From contig CM035355.1 in NCBI GenBank assembly GCA_020137815.1, positions 7,750,001 to 7,814,000 of the forward strand: a stretch of DNA of 64,000 bases. The letters are read 5' to 3'. A program made the translations under genes and the position numbers. The DNA comes from Hormiphora californensis (taxonomy: Eukaryota > Animalia > Ctenophora). The notes beneath the pieces were generated by a model that had not been told where the DNA came from, ran no database searches, and saw only the letters and a list, made by a program, of their open reading frames with translations. Shown piece after piece: positions 29,572 to 42,501 of the stretch (within the stretch, counting starts at the first letter, position 1; every line of letters begins with the position of its first letter).

Positions 29572-31668
29572 AAAGTAGGTAAAAGTACATGAAGGAGTAG
29601 TGGAAGGCAGTCATGGGAATAACTCCTTGTTCCTGAATAGTCAAACAGTCACGAATAATCGAAGAACACATATAGATTGAACAATTCTGCCTAAGACAGG
29701 CTTGGGCGAGAGTCCTTTGACAACGCCCGTTGCATAAGTAAAAAAACCCCACCCACTGCTATGCACAATGGGGAGGGCCCTGATCACAACAGTCGAGGGC
29801 AGCTAGGTAACTGTATGGCATCGGGGAGGTCCATATCACCACAGACCAAGGGGCGCTTAAGTAAACCCCCCCCTGTGTGTTTTGTATGGCATGGGGAGGG
29901 CTCTAACACACAGACAAGGAGCAGCTGAGCGTTGGGAGGTATTGAAGAGAAGGGGAGAACAGGAAATGAGAGGAGCTATCACACTCTAAACACTGCAGAG
30001 CCTTGAACAGACAACCTGAAATAAAGGTGTTACAGTGAAACGTGACAACACAGTTTTTAACATGTCAAAATAACGAAGAAATACAGTGTATTTGTTTGTC
30101 TAAACAAGGCTACATTAATCACATTCTAAATATCGTTTCTCAACGTCTTGCGACCAACTTCAACCTACACTGTTATGAAACAGTTTAAAAGTTCTCTATT
30201 CAACCCAGCAGCAACCCGGAAAGGTTGGTAAAGAAATAGTTGAGTTGGTCTGGACCTATGTAAATCTATCCGATCGGGCCGTCCAAACTCCAACCAGACA
30301 TTACCAAGTAGACAGTACCAGTATATCCATTCTCCTCTCCGTCCAATCAGACAGTCCCGGGTGCGGTTCCAACAGGGAACACCTTCACTCCCCTCTCACT
30401 GGTCTTATACAGGGCCTGTTTATACTCCCCACTATCACGTGACTCACACGTAACATGACCATCTACCTCCATACTAGCCCCTGACTCCAAGGTGTCCACC
30501 GTGAGGACATGTCCCAATAGCTCCCCTAGCAACGAGTTCAGTTGGTTTGTTTCCATAGCAACGCGTGACGTCACAATGACGTGTTTAGAGGCGGAAAGGA
30601 GGTTCTGGACAAGGGTAATAGTGTCACAGAGGGAGCATCCAAGGTATGGTAACAGGTAGATATCTGGTAGAAAAACTATATCACATTTGCTAAAATCCTC
30701 CGCAAGCAACTTCAGATCAGGGACATCACCAAGGGAACACGTAACATCCACAAATCTCACTCTATCCTCCTCGATAGCCTTGCCAGCACTACATTTTAAC
30801 AGCAGTGCCTGGAGGTGGGCTCTGGTTCCAGGGTGGTCCAGGACACCCACAGTGAGGTCATCATCTCGGAGGGAGGTGGAGAGGAGGGAGGAGACTGGAG
30901 CGGAGGGGTTGGCATGCCTGTCGTAGAGTATCAAGTGGGAGGTTTTGGAGCCTAGCCAGGGTTTTAAAGCATCTAGGATCATGGGAAGCTAGGTGTGGGG
31001 TAGGGAGGTTAGTATAGATATTCAATAATTAGTCATCAAACATTAAAATTGAAACAATGACCTTACCGTCAGTCGATATTGATATTGATTACTCACCATC
31101 ATGGAAATGGCCCATCATCGGCCCACTCGCTACTTACAGTGCTGCTTGCAGTGGAAATACCGTAACGCGAAATACATTAATCTATGCGGAATTTGCTCGC
31201 TACTTACCATTTGGCAAACTAACAACAGTTCGTATTGTCCAGCTGCGATAGTTAAAAAACATGACTAATGATTCAACTCAATCTTACCTCCGTTTGGTTT
31301 CAGGAATCCCCGTATGGCTTTAAAGTCGGTAGGATGAAACTTGCCGTGTAGGGAGGAGAGCTTCCAGCCGGGGGTGCCATCATAACCGAATATGTTAGAT
31401 AGAAGTTGGGGAAGGAAGATGTGGAGTTGACGTACTGGTAGGGTAGGTATCACCTCACTTAGTGTCTGAAAAGAAGGGTAGATTAGAGAATTGTTGGAAT
31501 AAAATGATCATCTACCAAAGTCCAAAACACAAAAAGATGAGATTTGAAATCAGATAAAATGCCATGAGAAATGTGAAATGTGAGAGAGGTATTACCACGT
31601 GTTCTATCAATACCTGGCAACGAAGTGCAAGAGATTCCTGTCGTAGTGCTTCTGTTGCCTTCTCCATA
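29572..31668 (-). other. SMPD4: Second partial SMPD4 copy (exons 1-4; exons 3-4 garbled)
   Basis: MEKATEALRQESLALRCQ at ~31614-31668; exon 2 at ~31287-31465; indel-rich versions of exons 3-4. Confidence 0.8.
30347..30982 (-). CDS. ELP6: ELP6-like, copy B
   Basis: 211 aa, about 13 substitutions versus copy A. Confidence 0.75.
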   Translation of the reverse strand: MILDALKPWLGSKTSHLILYDRHANPSAPVSSLLSTSLRDDDLTVGVLDHPGTRAHLQALLLKCSAGKAIEEDRVRFVDVTCSLGDVPDLKLLAEDFSKCDIVFLPDIYLLPYLGCSLCDTITLVQNLLSASKHVIVTSRVAMETNQLNSLLGELLGHVLTVDTLESGASMEVDGHVTCESRDSGEYKQALYKTSERGVKVFPVGTAPGTV

Positions 31669-31968
31669 TCGCTAGATTGAAAAAAAGGGAAGGTTAGGTT
31701 GGGTGGAAACTCATACAATATAAATTGCTAAGTGATATGAATTTTCATAGATATACAGCACTACCAATTTACACAAAACAACATCTGCCGCAGAAAAAAA
31801 AACCAAAAAAAAACAACAATATTACAACAGTTTCTTTACTTGTTCTAACCCTCCTTAATTTGTAGTGAGAGAGGGTTGTCGATTGAGCTTGCCTGGCTAG
31901 AATGTGGTTCGGGCGCCCCGTATGTGAAGGGAGGGTTAGAACATAACAAGGTTGAACAAGACAACTAA

Positions 31969-32544
31969 TCACTCGGTCCAGGGAAAGGGAACACTATGTT
32001 TTCCAGTCAGTTCCTCAGCTAAGAGACCCTCTAATTTCCCGTTACTACCAACTAACCCAGAACACACTCTACTCGCCCACTTTCTATACTCTCCCACCCT
32101 CTCCTCTGTCCACCCCACCGGAGTTTCAGCATTCAAATCCCTGAGATTGTACAACTTATCAGCTAACTTCACCAGCTTTGCCTTGTGAGACTTGCCCGGT
32201 CCATTTACAACTTGGAGCCTCTTCCTCTCCTCTTTTGGCAGAGATTTATCATCTGTCACCTCATTCACAAGACCCCTCACCTCGACCCCAAACTCAGCCT
32301 CAATTTCCTCTAATGAGGTCTCGGTATCTTCAACTGTGTCATGTAGAACTGCTGCCATTAGGGTGGGGATATCTGTCACATCACCCTCTGTACAGAGAAT
32401 ATTCATCACCCCGATAGGGTGGTTGATATAGGGGGTTTCAGCGATGTTCTTTCGTCTTTGGGTTGAGTGTTTCAGAGCGGCAAAGTTGGTTGCTCGCACC
32501 AAGTCACTGACAGTGCTAGAGGACATTCTACGGAGAAGGAGCAT
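31969..32544 (-). CDS. HDDC3: MESH1, copy B
   Basis: 191 aa, 5 substitutions versus copy A. Confidence 0.95.
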   Translation of the reverse strand: MLLLRRMSSSTVSDLVRATNFAALKHSTQRRKNIAETPYINHPIGVMNILCTEGDVTDIPTLMAAVLHDTVEDTETSLEEIEAEFGVEVRGLVNEVTDDKSLPKEERKRLQVVNGPGKSHKAKLVKLADKLYNLRDLNAETPVGWTEERVGEYRKWASRVCSGLVGSNGKLEGLLAEELTGKHSVPFPWTE

Positions 32545-32556
32545 GATTGCCCCCTT

Positions 32557-32996
32557 GGGTTAGTAGGGAGGGGAGCTGGGTTAGTAGGGAGGGGAGCTGG
32601 GTTAGTAGGGAGGGGAGCTGGGTTAGTAGGGAGGGGAGCTGGGTTAGTAGGGAGGGGAGCTGGGTTAGTAGGGAGGGGAGCTGGGTTAGTAGGGAGGGGA
32701 GCTGGGAAGCAGGAGTTAGTAGGGAGGGGAGCTGGGAATCAGGGGTTAGTAGGGAGGGGAGCTGGGAATCAGGGGTTAGTAGGGAGGGGAGTTGGGTTAG
32801 TAGGGAGGGGAGCTGGGAATCAGGGGTTAGTAGGGAGGGGAGCTGGGAATCAGGGGTTAGTAGGGAGGGGAGCTGGGAATCAGGGGTTAGTAGGGAGGGG
32901 AGCTGGGAATCAGGGGTTAGTAGGGAGGGGAGCTGGGTTAGTAGGGAGGGGAGTTGGGAATCAGGGGTTAGTAGGGAGGGGAGTTGGGAATCAGGG
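32557..32996 (-). repeat. 21/30-bp minisatellite containing the TACTAAC branch-point motif upstream of HDDC3
   Basis: Minus-strand unit CAGCTCCCCTCCCTACTAACC; four copies at 23486-23600, many more here. Confidence 0.9.
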
Positions 32997-33290
32997 TAGC
33001 TTTGAATTGAGGGAGCTGGGAATCAGGCTCAGGGGGAGCTAAGTCTGGGATGTGCGTTGGTGAAAGGCGGGTAGCGCGCACAGTTCAGACAAATCTGACT
33101 CGCGCCCTACGTCAATGTGGATTCGATAATGTGACAAGAGGTGGGCCACAGAAACTAGTATCGAGTAGCTGGTGTTACATATCAACTGGATGGGGCAAGT
33201 GGGCTTTGGGATGAATTGAACTCGAAGTAAAGATTGATAAAACTGGATAAAACAATAATAATACATGATTAAAGGGCGGTATAAAAACTA

Positions 33291-33952
33291 ACAAGAATTA
33301 TTGCATTATGTATCCATAATGCGGTGTTTCCCTGCCAAATGGATTTAAAATTGATGAATAAGCTTCAAAACTGGATTTCCTGATGAATTTTGTGCTCAAA
33401 GAGCATTTTTTTGGCTGATGCAATGTTGGTTACTAAGGTAACTAGGTATGTTGCTATGGTAACCAAAAGGCAGTTGCTATGGTAACCAAAGCAGTTCCTA
33501 TGGTAACCAGGACAGTTGCTATGGAAACCAAGTCAGTTGCTTAGGAGACCCCAGTTGGTTACCAAGTGCTTCAACTTTAACCGCATCTCAACTCGAGTCA
33601 CTAGTGTGACAGTAGTTTCATGCTTGGAAGACGTTCTATCACTTCATAGCATGGCTGTAGGGCGCCCAAAGTGATTTCAGGTGATAGTGGGAAGTGCTAT
33701 CAGCGAGTAATTGCGCGCCACAATGTGTGTTAATCATTTCCTTTGTTGAATCAACGAAGCGTGAGATGAAAGTTTTATGAAGGAGCAGACTTGTTGTTAG
33801 GCGTTGTCCGTGACGGACGGACGGACGGACGGACACTTTTAGTTAACTACACAATCTGCTGATTTCTAAACCCTGAATGATCTTTTTAGCACGTGCGTGC
33901 TAAAAAGATCATCCCGGGTGATTGCCTTCGGCAATCACCCGGGCAGGGAAAA
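33291..33952 (-). mobile_element. Complete non-autonomous Helentron-type element with six X-box-like repeats
   Basis: TTTCCCTGCC/GGCAGGGAAA subTIRs, (GTCC)n, 3' hairpin GCATTATG-GATA-CATAATGC then CTTGT; inserted in a T-run with no TSD; empty site at ~23953. Confidence 0.85.
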
Positions 33953-34088
33953 AATCTCGGTAAAGCTAAAAATAAAAACTTTTTAATTGTTTTTTAATCA
34001 CATGCTTTAATAAGTAACGAATCAGGGGTGCAGTGAAAGGGTCGAGCGAGGCAAGCTATTCGCATCGTGACCAGATCCAATATAATTG

Positions 34089-35108
34089 TTATTGTAAAAA
34101 GTTGTATCTAAACCGATCAGGTCCACTGGTAAACCCCCTGACACGTTTCAGCACCACAACATCATCCCCAACTCGGACCACACCAGGCCTCAGAACCCGA
34201 TAATAAATCCCCATACAAATTTTATTGTTCTTATCCCTGTGCTCCCCATGTTTCTGTAGGGCATTCAGGAATTCTGGCTCATATCTCCCGTCCAAAGCAT
34301 TAATAGTCCCACACCGGGGGTTAACGAAGGCCATCTCCAACTCTACCTGCTCCCCAACTCTCACCACCTTCCACTCAACCTCATCGCAAGCCACACTCCC
34401 CTCCACTAAGATATTGGGCCGGAATCTCTCCGCTCCAACCTGAACGGGCGCTGCAGAGGCGTTTAATTTGTCCACAGTAGACTGGCACACAATATGAACG
34501 GGAAGGACAGGGCCAGCTGACCTATCAGTACAGATATACACGGGTAGATTTATCTCCCCCTGACGGGTCGTCTCAGGGGTATAAAGAAGGGTAACAGGTT
34601 TACCCATAATCTTGGTAAACCAGGCATCCGCTTCCTCGCTAACCCTTACATATTCCCTGCCATCGAGCCCATTTTTAGTGGGTACTCCGGTAATTCTAAC
34701 TGCCTGACGGGACTCTAATTCCTGTATGTCTATCACAAGATCAGGGAGGGAGGGGTAGGACGCGGTTAGGACATGACCTGACATGGAACACGTCACATTC
34801 ATAGTTTCAATGGCACCAGCAGGAGAAGTAGACGATATACGAGCAGTGGAGTGATCGATAGGATAGAGAGCGAATCGTTTGTTGTATTTAACATCCCATT
34901 TTGTCACACTAATCTCTTGAAGGTGTTTTAATTTTGTGCCTCTTATGTAGGACATAGAGAGCTGCTTGACAGTTCCTACCTTCTCCGGCCGATTAAAGGA
35001 GACCCATCGTTGGATGGTTTCTAGAATTCCAAGAGTTCCCTGTCCTGCCAAGATTACCCCCAACCATAGGGGCTTTAGGTCCACATTCTCAGGAAGCCAA
35101 GAATTCAT
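34089..35108 (-). CDS. MOSC-domain protein, mARC-like, copy B
   Basis: 339 aa, about 11 substitutions versus copy A. Confidence 0.85.
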   Translation of the reverse strand: MNSWLPENVDLKPLWLGVILAGQGTLGILETIQRWVSFNRPEKVGTVKQLSMSYIRGTKLKHLQEISVTKWDVKYNKRFALYPIDHSTARISSTSPAGAIETMNVTCSMSGHVLTASYPSLPDLVIDIQELESRQAVRITGVPTKNGLDGREYVRVSEEADAWFTKIMGKPVTLLYTPETTRQGEINLPVYICTDRSAGPVLPVHIVCQSTVDKLNASAAPVQVGAERFRPNILVEGSVACDEVEWKVVRVGEQVELEMAFVNPRCGTINALDGRYEPEFLNALQKHGEHRDKNNKICMGIYYRVLRPGVVRVGDDVVVLKRVRGFTSGPDRFRYNFLQ

Positions 35109-35267
35109 CCGACCTAGAAAATAGATTTTGGTTTTAAATGGACGGTGCTTTTCTCATGCGGTTATGTAGCGTTTACAGACCGCCCTTTGTCAGAACGGCT
35201 CGATTCAGCAAGACAAAGTTCTCAGATGTATTTGCAGATTATCCCTGCGCTGATTATCCCTGCGCTG

Positions 35268-36351
35268 GTGACCTGCGATCAGGTCACTCAACGACAGAGA
35301 TAACCTGCAGCTGAGTCTTAATGAATTTGGACGTTGGGCTTCAGACAACAATATGTCACTCCATCAGGATAAGTTTGAGGTGATAAATTATACACTTCGC
35401 TCCACCCAACTCCTGAGGGAGCTTCCTTTCTCCACTGACAATTATCTTTACAATGGTCCCGGAGGCGAGACAATATCACCAAGTTTCACCGTGAGAGATC
35501 TAGGGGTCCTTGTATCTGCAGACTGCACTTGGTCAGAACACATAGGCAGCATTACTGCCAAGGCTAGACGCATGAGTGGCTGGGCACTTAGTGTGTTTCG
35601 AGATAGATCCGATGATACTATGCTAACGTTACTGAAGTCCATCATTAGGCCTCAGGTGGAGTACTGTTGTCCATTATGGAGCCCGGTGAAAAAGTCTGAT
35701 ATCGCCCTGGTTGAAGAGGCTCAAAGACACTTCACACGTAGGATTGAGAGCTGTTCCGGCATGGGGTACTGGGATCGGCTCCAACATCTTGGTATCTTGT
35801 CCCTCCAGCGGCGTCGTGAGCGATACATGATTATCCATGTCTGGAAGGTTCTTCATGAGGTAGTTCCAAACGGCACGGGTCTCCTGTTTACTGAGCACAC
35901 CCGTCTTGGTACCAGAGCATTGGTCCCCCGTTACAATTACCTCGCTCAAAAATCCATATCTGGCCCTTATGACTCATCATTCGGTGTTAGAGGAGCACAG
36001 TTGTGGAATTCCCTACCCCGTGCAGTGAGAGAGGCAACATCACTGCTCGAGTTGAAACAGTCCCTTGGGTCCTACTTAACCACCATCCCCGACCAGCCAC
36101 CTGTCCGCGGTTACCGGGTGGAGCACAGTAACTCCTTGATTGATTGGAGAAATGACCCCAGTGTGTTTAAAGAGATGGGCGAATCATAGAAATGTGTTTT
36201 GCTTTTCATTGTCATTTGGCTGATACATATAACCTGCTGACTTTCCATGTCATCTGAGTGTTGGCTCCTTTTGAGCTAAAGCTTTGTGTACAACACTAAA
36301 TTTATTTACGAATGTTTACGAATGTTTGGTATCATCATCATCATCATCATC
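35268..36351 (+). mobile_element. 5'-truncated CR1-clade LINE fragment (ORF2 C-terminus 35353-36189), (CAT)n tail
   Basis: VRDLGV, EYCCPLWSP, LSLQRRRERY, LWNSLP motifs. Confidence 0.9.
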
Positions 36352-37911
36352 ACAAAATACTTAATATTCCGCTTTATAGCTTATACTTGTCAGAAAAGTT
36401 CTTACATATGCTAGAAAACACACAGACTAAACTAACGGCTTTCAAAAGCGGTGGAGCCTACTTCGAATCGCCCGAGATCACACACAAATTGTGTATGGGT
36501 CCAAGCCATTCGAAGGATGCTCCAATACCTACAACTCAAGAAACTAATGAAAATATGAAATGTCTGTTGTCAATAATGTCCTGTACAGATACATTTCCTG
36601 CAACTATAAGAGTCATGATCTTCATTTAGTTAGTTAAATAATAAGTTAAATAATAAGTTAATTAAAAACACACACACACTTCACACTCTATTCTCAATTA
36701 TAACCACGTACAACCATTATAATTACAAACAAAAATTAACAAATTTCACACAGTTTGTCATTATCCCGGGATCAATAAACATTGCATCATTGTTTTAGGG
36801 ATGTACATTTATCGTTTCCTTTCCCTTATACGTCCACTCTCTCCTATCCTAGAGAATATGTCCGTGCCCCGTGATGATGTATGGAAATAGGAATCTTAAA
36901 ATCTTTAGAATCTTGAGGAAACCTGACTACTGAAAAAGGGGAGAGAAACGGCCCACTTATGGGTGTTAGGGTTACGTGTTAGTGGACAGTAAACTGTCAA
37001 GAAGGGTATGCTACTAAGGAGAACTGAATTAATGGAACTGGAGATACGAGGTTCGAGGGTCAATAACTATATACTTGCCCTAAGCAATGAAGATCAATCC
37101 ATGCTCTTCAGTAAGTATAAGATCGAAGATATCATCAATCGATATGGATATCAGGATCACGGATTATATCAGGATCACGGATTATATCAGGATCACGGTT
37201 TCGATATCTATATTATAAAGTACAAATGAACGTCGTGAGGAGGAGGATGTCCTATCCACACGTGCAAATAGTAGGGGGTTGCCAAGGAGGTGGCTTGGAA
37301 GGGGTATTGGAGGGGGATACTGCACGTGCATGTTTTTGGTTGTTTGTTGCGTGTTCCTGTGTTGTTCCTGTGGTGTTTTGGGATCTGCTGCTTGGGCCGC
37401 CATGATTGCCAAAGCCTTTCTACCTACGTACCCCGTTGATTCTCTACACAGCTACAATTCTACGGATCTTTATCACCTGATTCTACATGTTACTCAGCGG
37501 GATTTCCCTTGATGTTTATCACCAGCGCTCTACCACTATACCAACCTCCGTATTCTTTACCCCGACATGGAGAGACGAAGAGTGAGAGGGGGGGGGGCAT
37601 AGAGACGGGTGGGGGGGGGGCTGTTGTAGGACTTAACAATGGGCTTTCTAGTATCTGAAAATAGGGCGCACCGGAGGTGGTTTCAACAGTCAGTTTGAAC
37701 CTCCAGATGCTAGCTGATACCATCTATTGCACCATCTAAGACTATGCAATAAATGGCACCATAATGTCAGACGTTGGGTCACAGGGTAAACTACAGTCAT
37801 TGTCGAGTCAGTCTGCAGGGGAAGGGAGGGGGAGTTTTTTTTTTTTTTTTTTTTTTTTTTTCAATTCTTTTTCTGTCTTTTATCCTGGCTCTTTTTTTTC
37901 AATGGGGGTGG

Positions 37912-37958
<47 letters not shown>

Positions 37959-38155
37959 CTTTTTTAACTTAGCCGAGGAGGTCCAAAATCACCAAAGAAA
38001 CGAAACAATTCTCTCAGAAACCAACTCGCTCAAACTCGGGCTCCAACACTCTTGAAACAACTCTTCAATAAATTCCAGTCTCTACCAAACATCACACACG
38101 TACATACACATACATGTAAACAAATAGACAATAGAATACAATTGCACTTGCACTG

Positions 38156-41100
38156 TTACAGTCCATACGCCTTCCGGAAAAGATGTGTTTTGAGAAGCTG
38201 CTTAAAAAGCACCTCCGAGGTTTCCTCCCTGATCTTCCTTGGCAGTTCATTCCACAATTTAGGCCCAGCTATTGACAGCCGCCTTTCATTAATTTTGTAC
38301 CTCACTGTATGCGACTTCTTTACCAGTAGTGTGTGATCGTCATCAGCTCTTAGGCCGTGTGTTTTAGCCGATCTCTTTGTAACCATATTTGCAAGGTATT
38401 CTGGAGCTCTACCGTTGATGATATTGAACATTAGGAAGCAGATTTTGTAGTCTATTCTCGAGTTTACTGGCAGAAAGTGTAGCTCTTTCCGCAGCTTAGA
38501 TATTCCTCTTTGCTGCCGAGTACCTCGAACAAACCTGACCGCTGCATTTTGAAGCTTCTGGAGCCGTTGGAGTTGGGAGGTTTTAATGCCGTTTAGCAGA
38601 GAGTTACCGAAGTCCAGGATCGAGTGTATAAACACGTTTACAAGCCTAATTTTGGAGTCTTTGTCCAGTTTGTCAGCTATACGCCACATATTGTGGAGGT
38701 ACATGGAACAGTTTTTAACAACATGGGAGACGTGACATTCCATTGATAGCTTATCATCGAAATATATCCCAAGATTTCTTGCATTATTCACGGTCTGCAG
38801 TGGTTCCCCGAACACTTTTACCGTCTCCGGACTCTCAATTGTGTCGTACTTTGAGCTTATCACCATAACTTCCGTCTTCTTGGTGTTTAGCTTAAGACGA
38901 TTAAGGGCCATCCACGATCGAACTTCCTCGAGGCATCTCTCCATCTTCGCCTCAGTTGTTGAGAACTCATTTTCCTTGAACTCACAGTAGACTTGAGAGT
39001 CGTCTGCGTATAGATGTAGTAGAACACCATGTTTTTTCGCGATTTCTTCTAGCTCCCGAGTGTACATAACAAACAACAGAGGACCCAAAATTGAACCTTG
39101 TGGGACCCCAATTTTCACCTTCCATGGTGGAGATGTGGCTTTTCCTATTTTAACTGAGGCTGATCTTTCAGAAAGGTACGATGTAAACCATTTCAGGGCC
39201 ACTCCGGTGATTCCGTAATCTTGTTCCAGCCGAGATACTAGCTTTTCGTGATCAATGGTGTCGAATGCTGCCGATAAATCCAACAAAAGCAACACCGCCT
39301 TGGATTTTTTGTCAGTTATCACTAGGAGATCGTCCAATATCTTGGCAGTTGCTGTCTCTACACTATGTCCTTTCCGATAAGCAGACTGGATGGATGGCAG
39401 CAACTTGTTGGTTTCAAGGTACTCAGTCAATTGTATAGCTACTGCCTTCTCAACAATCTTGGACAAGAATGGAAGATTTGAAACAGGGCGATAATTCTTT
39501 AGATCGTTTTTATCGTCTTGCTTGAATGACGGTCTTATTAGGGCTGTTTTAAGCGCAGTTGGAAACTCTCCGCTAGTAAGGCTCTTGTTTACAACCTCCT
39601 TGATGATAGGAGCTAGCTCTGGTAGAAGCTTGGTGACCAGCATAGTTGGAAGAGGATCAAGATCACACTGTTTTTGGGACATTTCACGAACCAGAGAACG
39701 TATGCTTTCTTCAGATAGTAGGGTGAACTCTTTGAACTCAGTGGCTAGGTTTCCTGGATACTGCAGTTGTTCAGTTTGGACACCGAGTTGGCTAGCCTCT
39801 GCCTCAATATCCTTATAAATCCTCTCTACTTTCTCCTGGAAAAACTCCGCAAACTTGTTAGCTAGATCCTGATCCTCATACCCCTCAGGTTGCTCCAGTG
39901 GCCTTTTATCACGTCCCATAAGATGATTAGTAAGCTTGAAGAATGCAGCTGCATTGCTTTTGGAGTCTTTCTTTTCGTCGCGAAGAAATCCCGTCTTGCT
40001 TTCCGGATCGTTTTGTTTGCTTCTTTGTTTGCCATTTTCCTCTGTTTAAGGGTACGCTAACCAAAAGTTTTTTTCGAGTGCAGGGAAATGTCTCACCGTA
40101 GGGTTGTAGGCCATGCCAAGGAGACCTCAAATATGCAATTTGAGCTCTCAAGTCGAATTCATATTTTTGCTACAGCTGCTTGAAAAATGAACTGTAAATA
40201 CGTTTTTGGCATCTCAAAAAAAAAATTTTAAAGATAGGAGCATGAAAATTTGGGAATTTGAAGAGGACATGAAGGTAAATAACCACAAAAAATTTTTTTG
40301 TAATCCGAGCTGATTTCCGGTCCTGAGATGGATTTCTTTTTTTCCACTTTAACGCCCTATTTGGCAAAGTTCCGAAAACATGTGAAAGCTGTAAATTGGT
40401 GAAAAGTTGCGTCTAGCGATTATCTAAGTGGCCATAAATTTTGGGCGTGTCCTTATTTGAGATAAGCTGTACAGAGTTTTTTTGTGAAAGCCGTCATTTC
40501 AGAAATAAATAAATTCCCTGTATCTCAAAAACGGCTGATCGTAGAGACCTGAGACTATGCTTAAACGATTCAGAAGGTCCGATTTTGGGGGGGGGGGGGG
40601 GGGGTCTTCTGAGAGACATTTTGCTCCTACTTCAACCGTTTTTGCTGTAATTGCGAAAAACAAATTCTATGAAAAGGGCAAAAGCTAAACTCCAATATCC
40701 TGTAATTAGGGAATTTTCGCTAAGAAAGGACCGAAACTATGGAAAAGTGTGTAACAAGCTAATTCCTTCACTATTTGGTCCATACGGGTCCCTATAATCA
40801 CCAAAAACAAAATCACAAAAAATCCACGATGGCGAAGATGGGTTTTTGTTTTTCGCAATTACAGCAAAAACGGTTGAAGTAGGAGCAAAATGTCTCTCAG
40901 AAGACCCCCCCAAAATTGGACCTTCTGAATCGTTTAAGCATAGTCTCAGGTCTCTACGATCAGTCGTTTTTGAGATACATGGAATTTATTTATTTCTGAA
41001 ATGACGGCTTTCACAAAAAAAACTCTGTACAGCTTATCTCAAATAAGGACACGCCCAAAATTTATGGCCACTTAGATAATCGTTAGACGCAACTTTTCAC

Positions 41101-42501
41101 CAATTTACAGCTTTCACATGTTTTCGGAATTTTGCCAAATAGGGCGTTAAAGTGGAAAAAAAGAAATCCATCTCAGGACCGGAAATCAGCTCGGATTACA
41201 AAAAAATTTTTTGTGGTTATTCACCTTCATGTCCTCTTCAAATCCCCAAATTTTCATGCTCCTATCTTTAAAAAATTTTTTTTGAGATGCCAAAAACGTA
41301 TTTACAGTTCATTTTTCAAGCAGCTGTAGCAAAAATATGAATTCGACTTGAGAGCTCAAATTGCATATTTGAGGTCTCCTTGGCATGGCCTACAACCCTA
41401 CGGTGAGACATTTCCCTGCACTCGAAAAAAATTTTTGGTTAGCGTACCCTTAAGAGCTTCACATAGTTTTTGGACATCCCAGCTTTTTTCCAATACTGCC
41501 TTATACCAGCGCTCTGCCTTTCTTCTTTTCCTTTTTGCCATCTCACACGAAAGATTATACCAAGCCGGCTTTCCCTTAAGGGGGACTATTTTTGAGGTCT
41601 CTGGTGCCACCTCATTAAGAAAGTCTAGAAGTGTCTCATTGTAAAGTCGAACACACTCATCCACATCATCAGGAAAATCCCCACCAATAAGGTCAGATTG
41701 TAGTATCTTTTCTACTAGATCATCAATGTTTAGATTCTTCAAAGATCTACTAACAACCTGCTTCTTCTGCTGACTGTTGGATGTGCCAATGTGTAGTGAG
41801 AAATTCACCTGGCAGTGATCAGGGAGGAACGGCTGTTCAGTTACCTCTATATTTGAGATTCCTGGGGTACTTTCCGAGTTCCTACTTAACACTAGATCCA
41901 GTGTTCCACCTGCTTTGTGAGTTGGACCCTGTACCCTCTGAATAAATCCATGATCATCGAGTAAATCCATGAAATCTGATGTGAGTTTTTCCCCTGGCTT
42001 CTCAACATGAACGTTCAGGTCACCAACAATCACCGATCCTTTCCTCTCAGAAAAACCAAGGAAGAACTCTTCCATCTCTTCCAAGAAGCAACTGGTATTT
42101 CTTTTAGTCGGGGAACTATACATTACTGCTACTGTTGTCCTCTGCAGACCATTTCCTGTTATTGTTGCCTCGAGAGCCTCAAATGTTTTGAACTGTTTGG
42201 TCTTTTTCGGGTGAGTCACGTTGATTCCATTCCTAAAAATAACCCCTACTCCTCCACCAGGGGATCCTCGACTCTTATGAGCAAGTGAGAATCCGTATTC
42301 AGACAACTCACGTTCCAACGATTTTTCATTTGCCCGCAACCAGGTTTCTGTAAGGAATATTACATCTAATCCCTCTACCACTGCCTCTTCTATGATCTCA
42401 TGCGTTTTGTTGCGCAGAGAGCAGCAATTCATAACCGCGACCTTTATGTTCGGCGATAGTTTTTTGACCGCTCTTCTGTATATGACAGCAGGGAAGGACA
42501 A
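38156..42501 (-). pseudogene. LINE ORF2 (APE endonuclease + reverse transcriptase), interrupted
   Basis: LTETWL, GDLNVH and TLDL in 41398-42501; [22 protein letters not shown] and YADD in 38156-39919. Confidence 0.9.
40050..41449. mobile_element. Non-autonomous Kolobok-like DNA transposon with ~600-bp TIRs
   Basis: TTAA|GGGTACGCTAACC...GGTTAGCGTACCC|TTAA; purine-purine 5' end with a TTAA TSD. Confidence 0.8.

Noticed and set aside
32467-33042. Gly-rich repetitive ORF (LVGRGAG)n
   Set aside because: Translation of a VNTR; not preserved in copy A.
40050-41449. piggyBac assignment for the TTAA element
   Set aside because: Starts with GG rather than CC, which fits Kolobok better.
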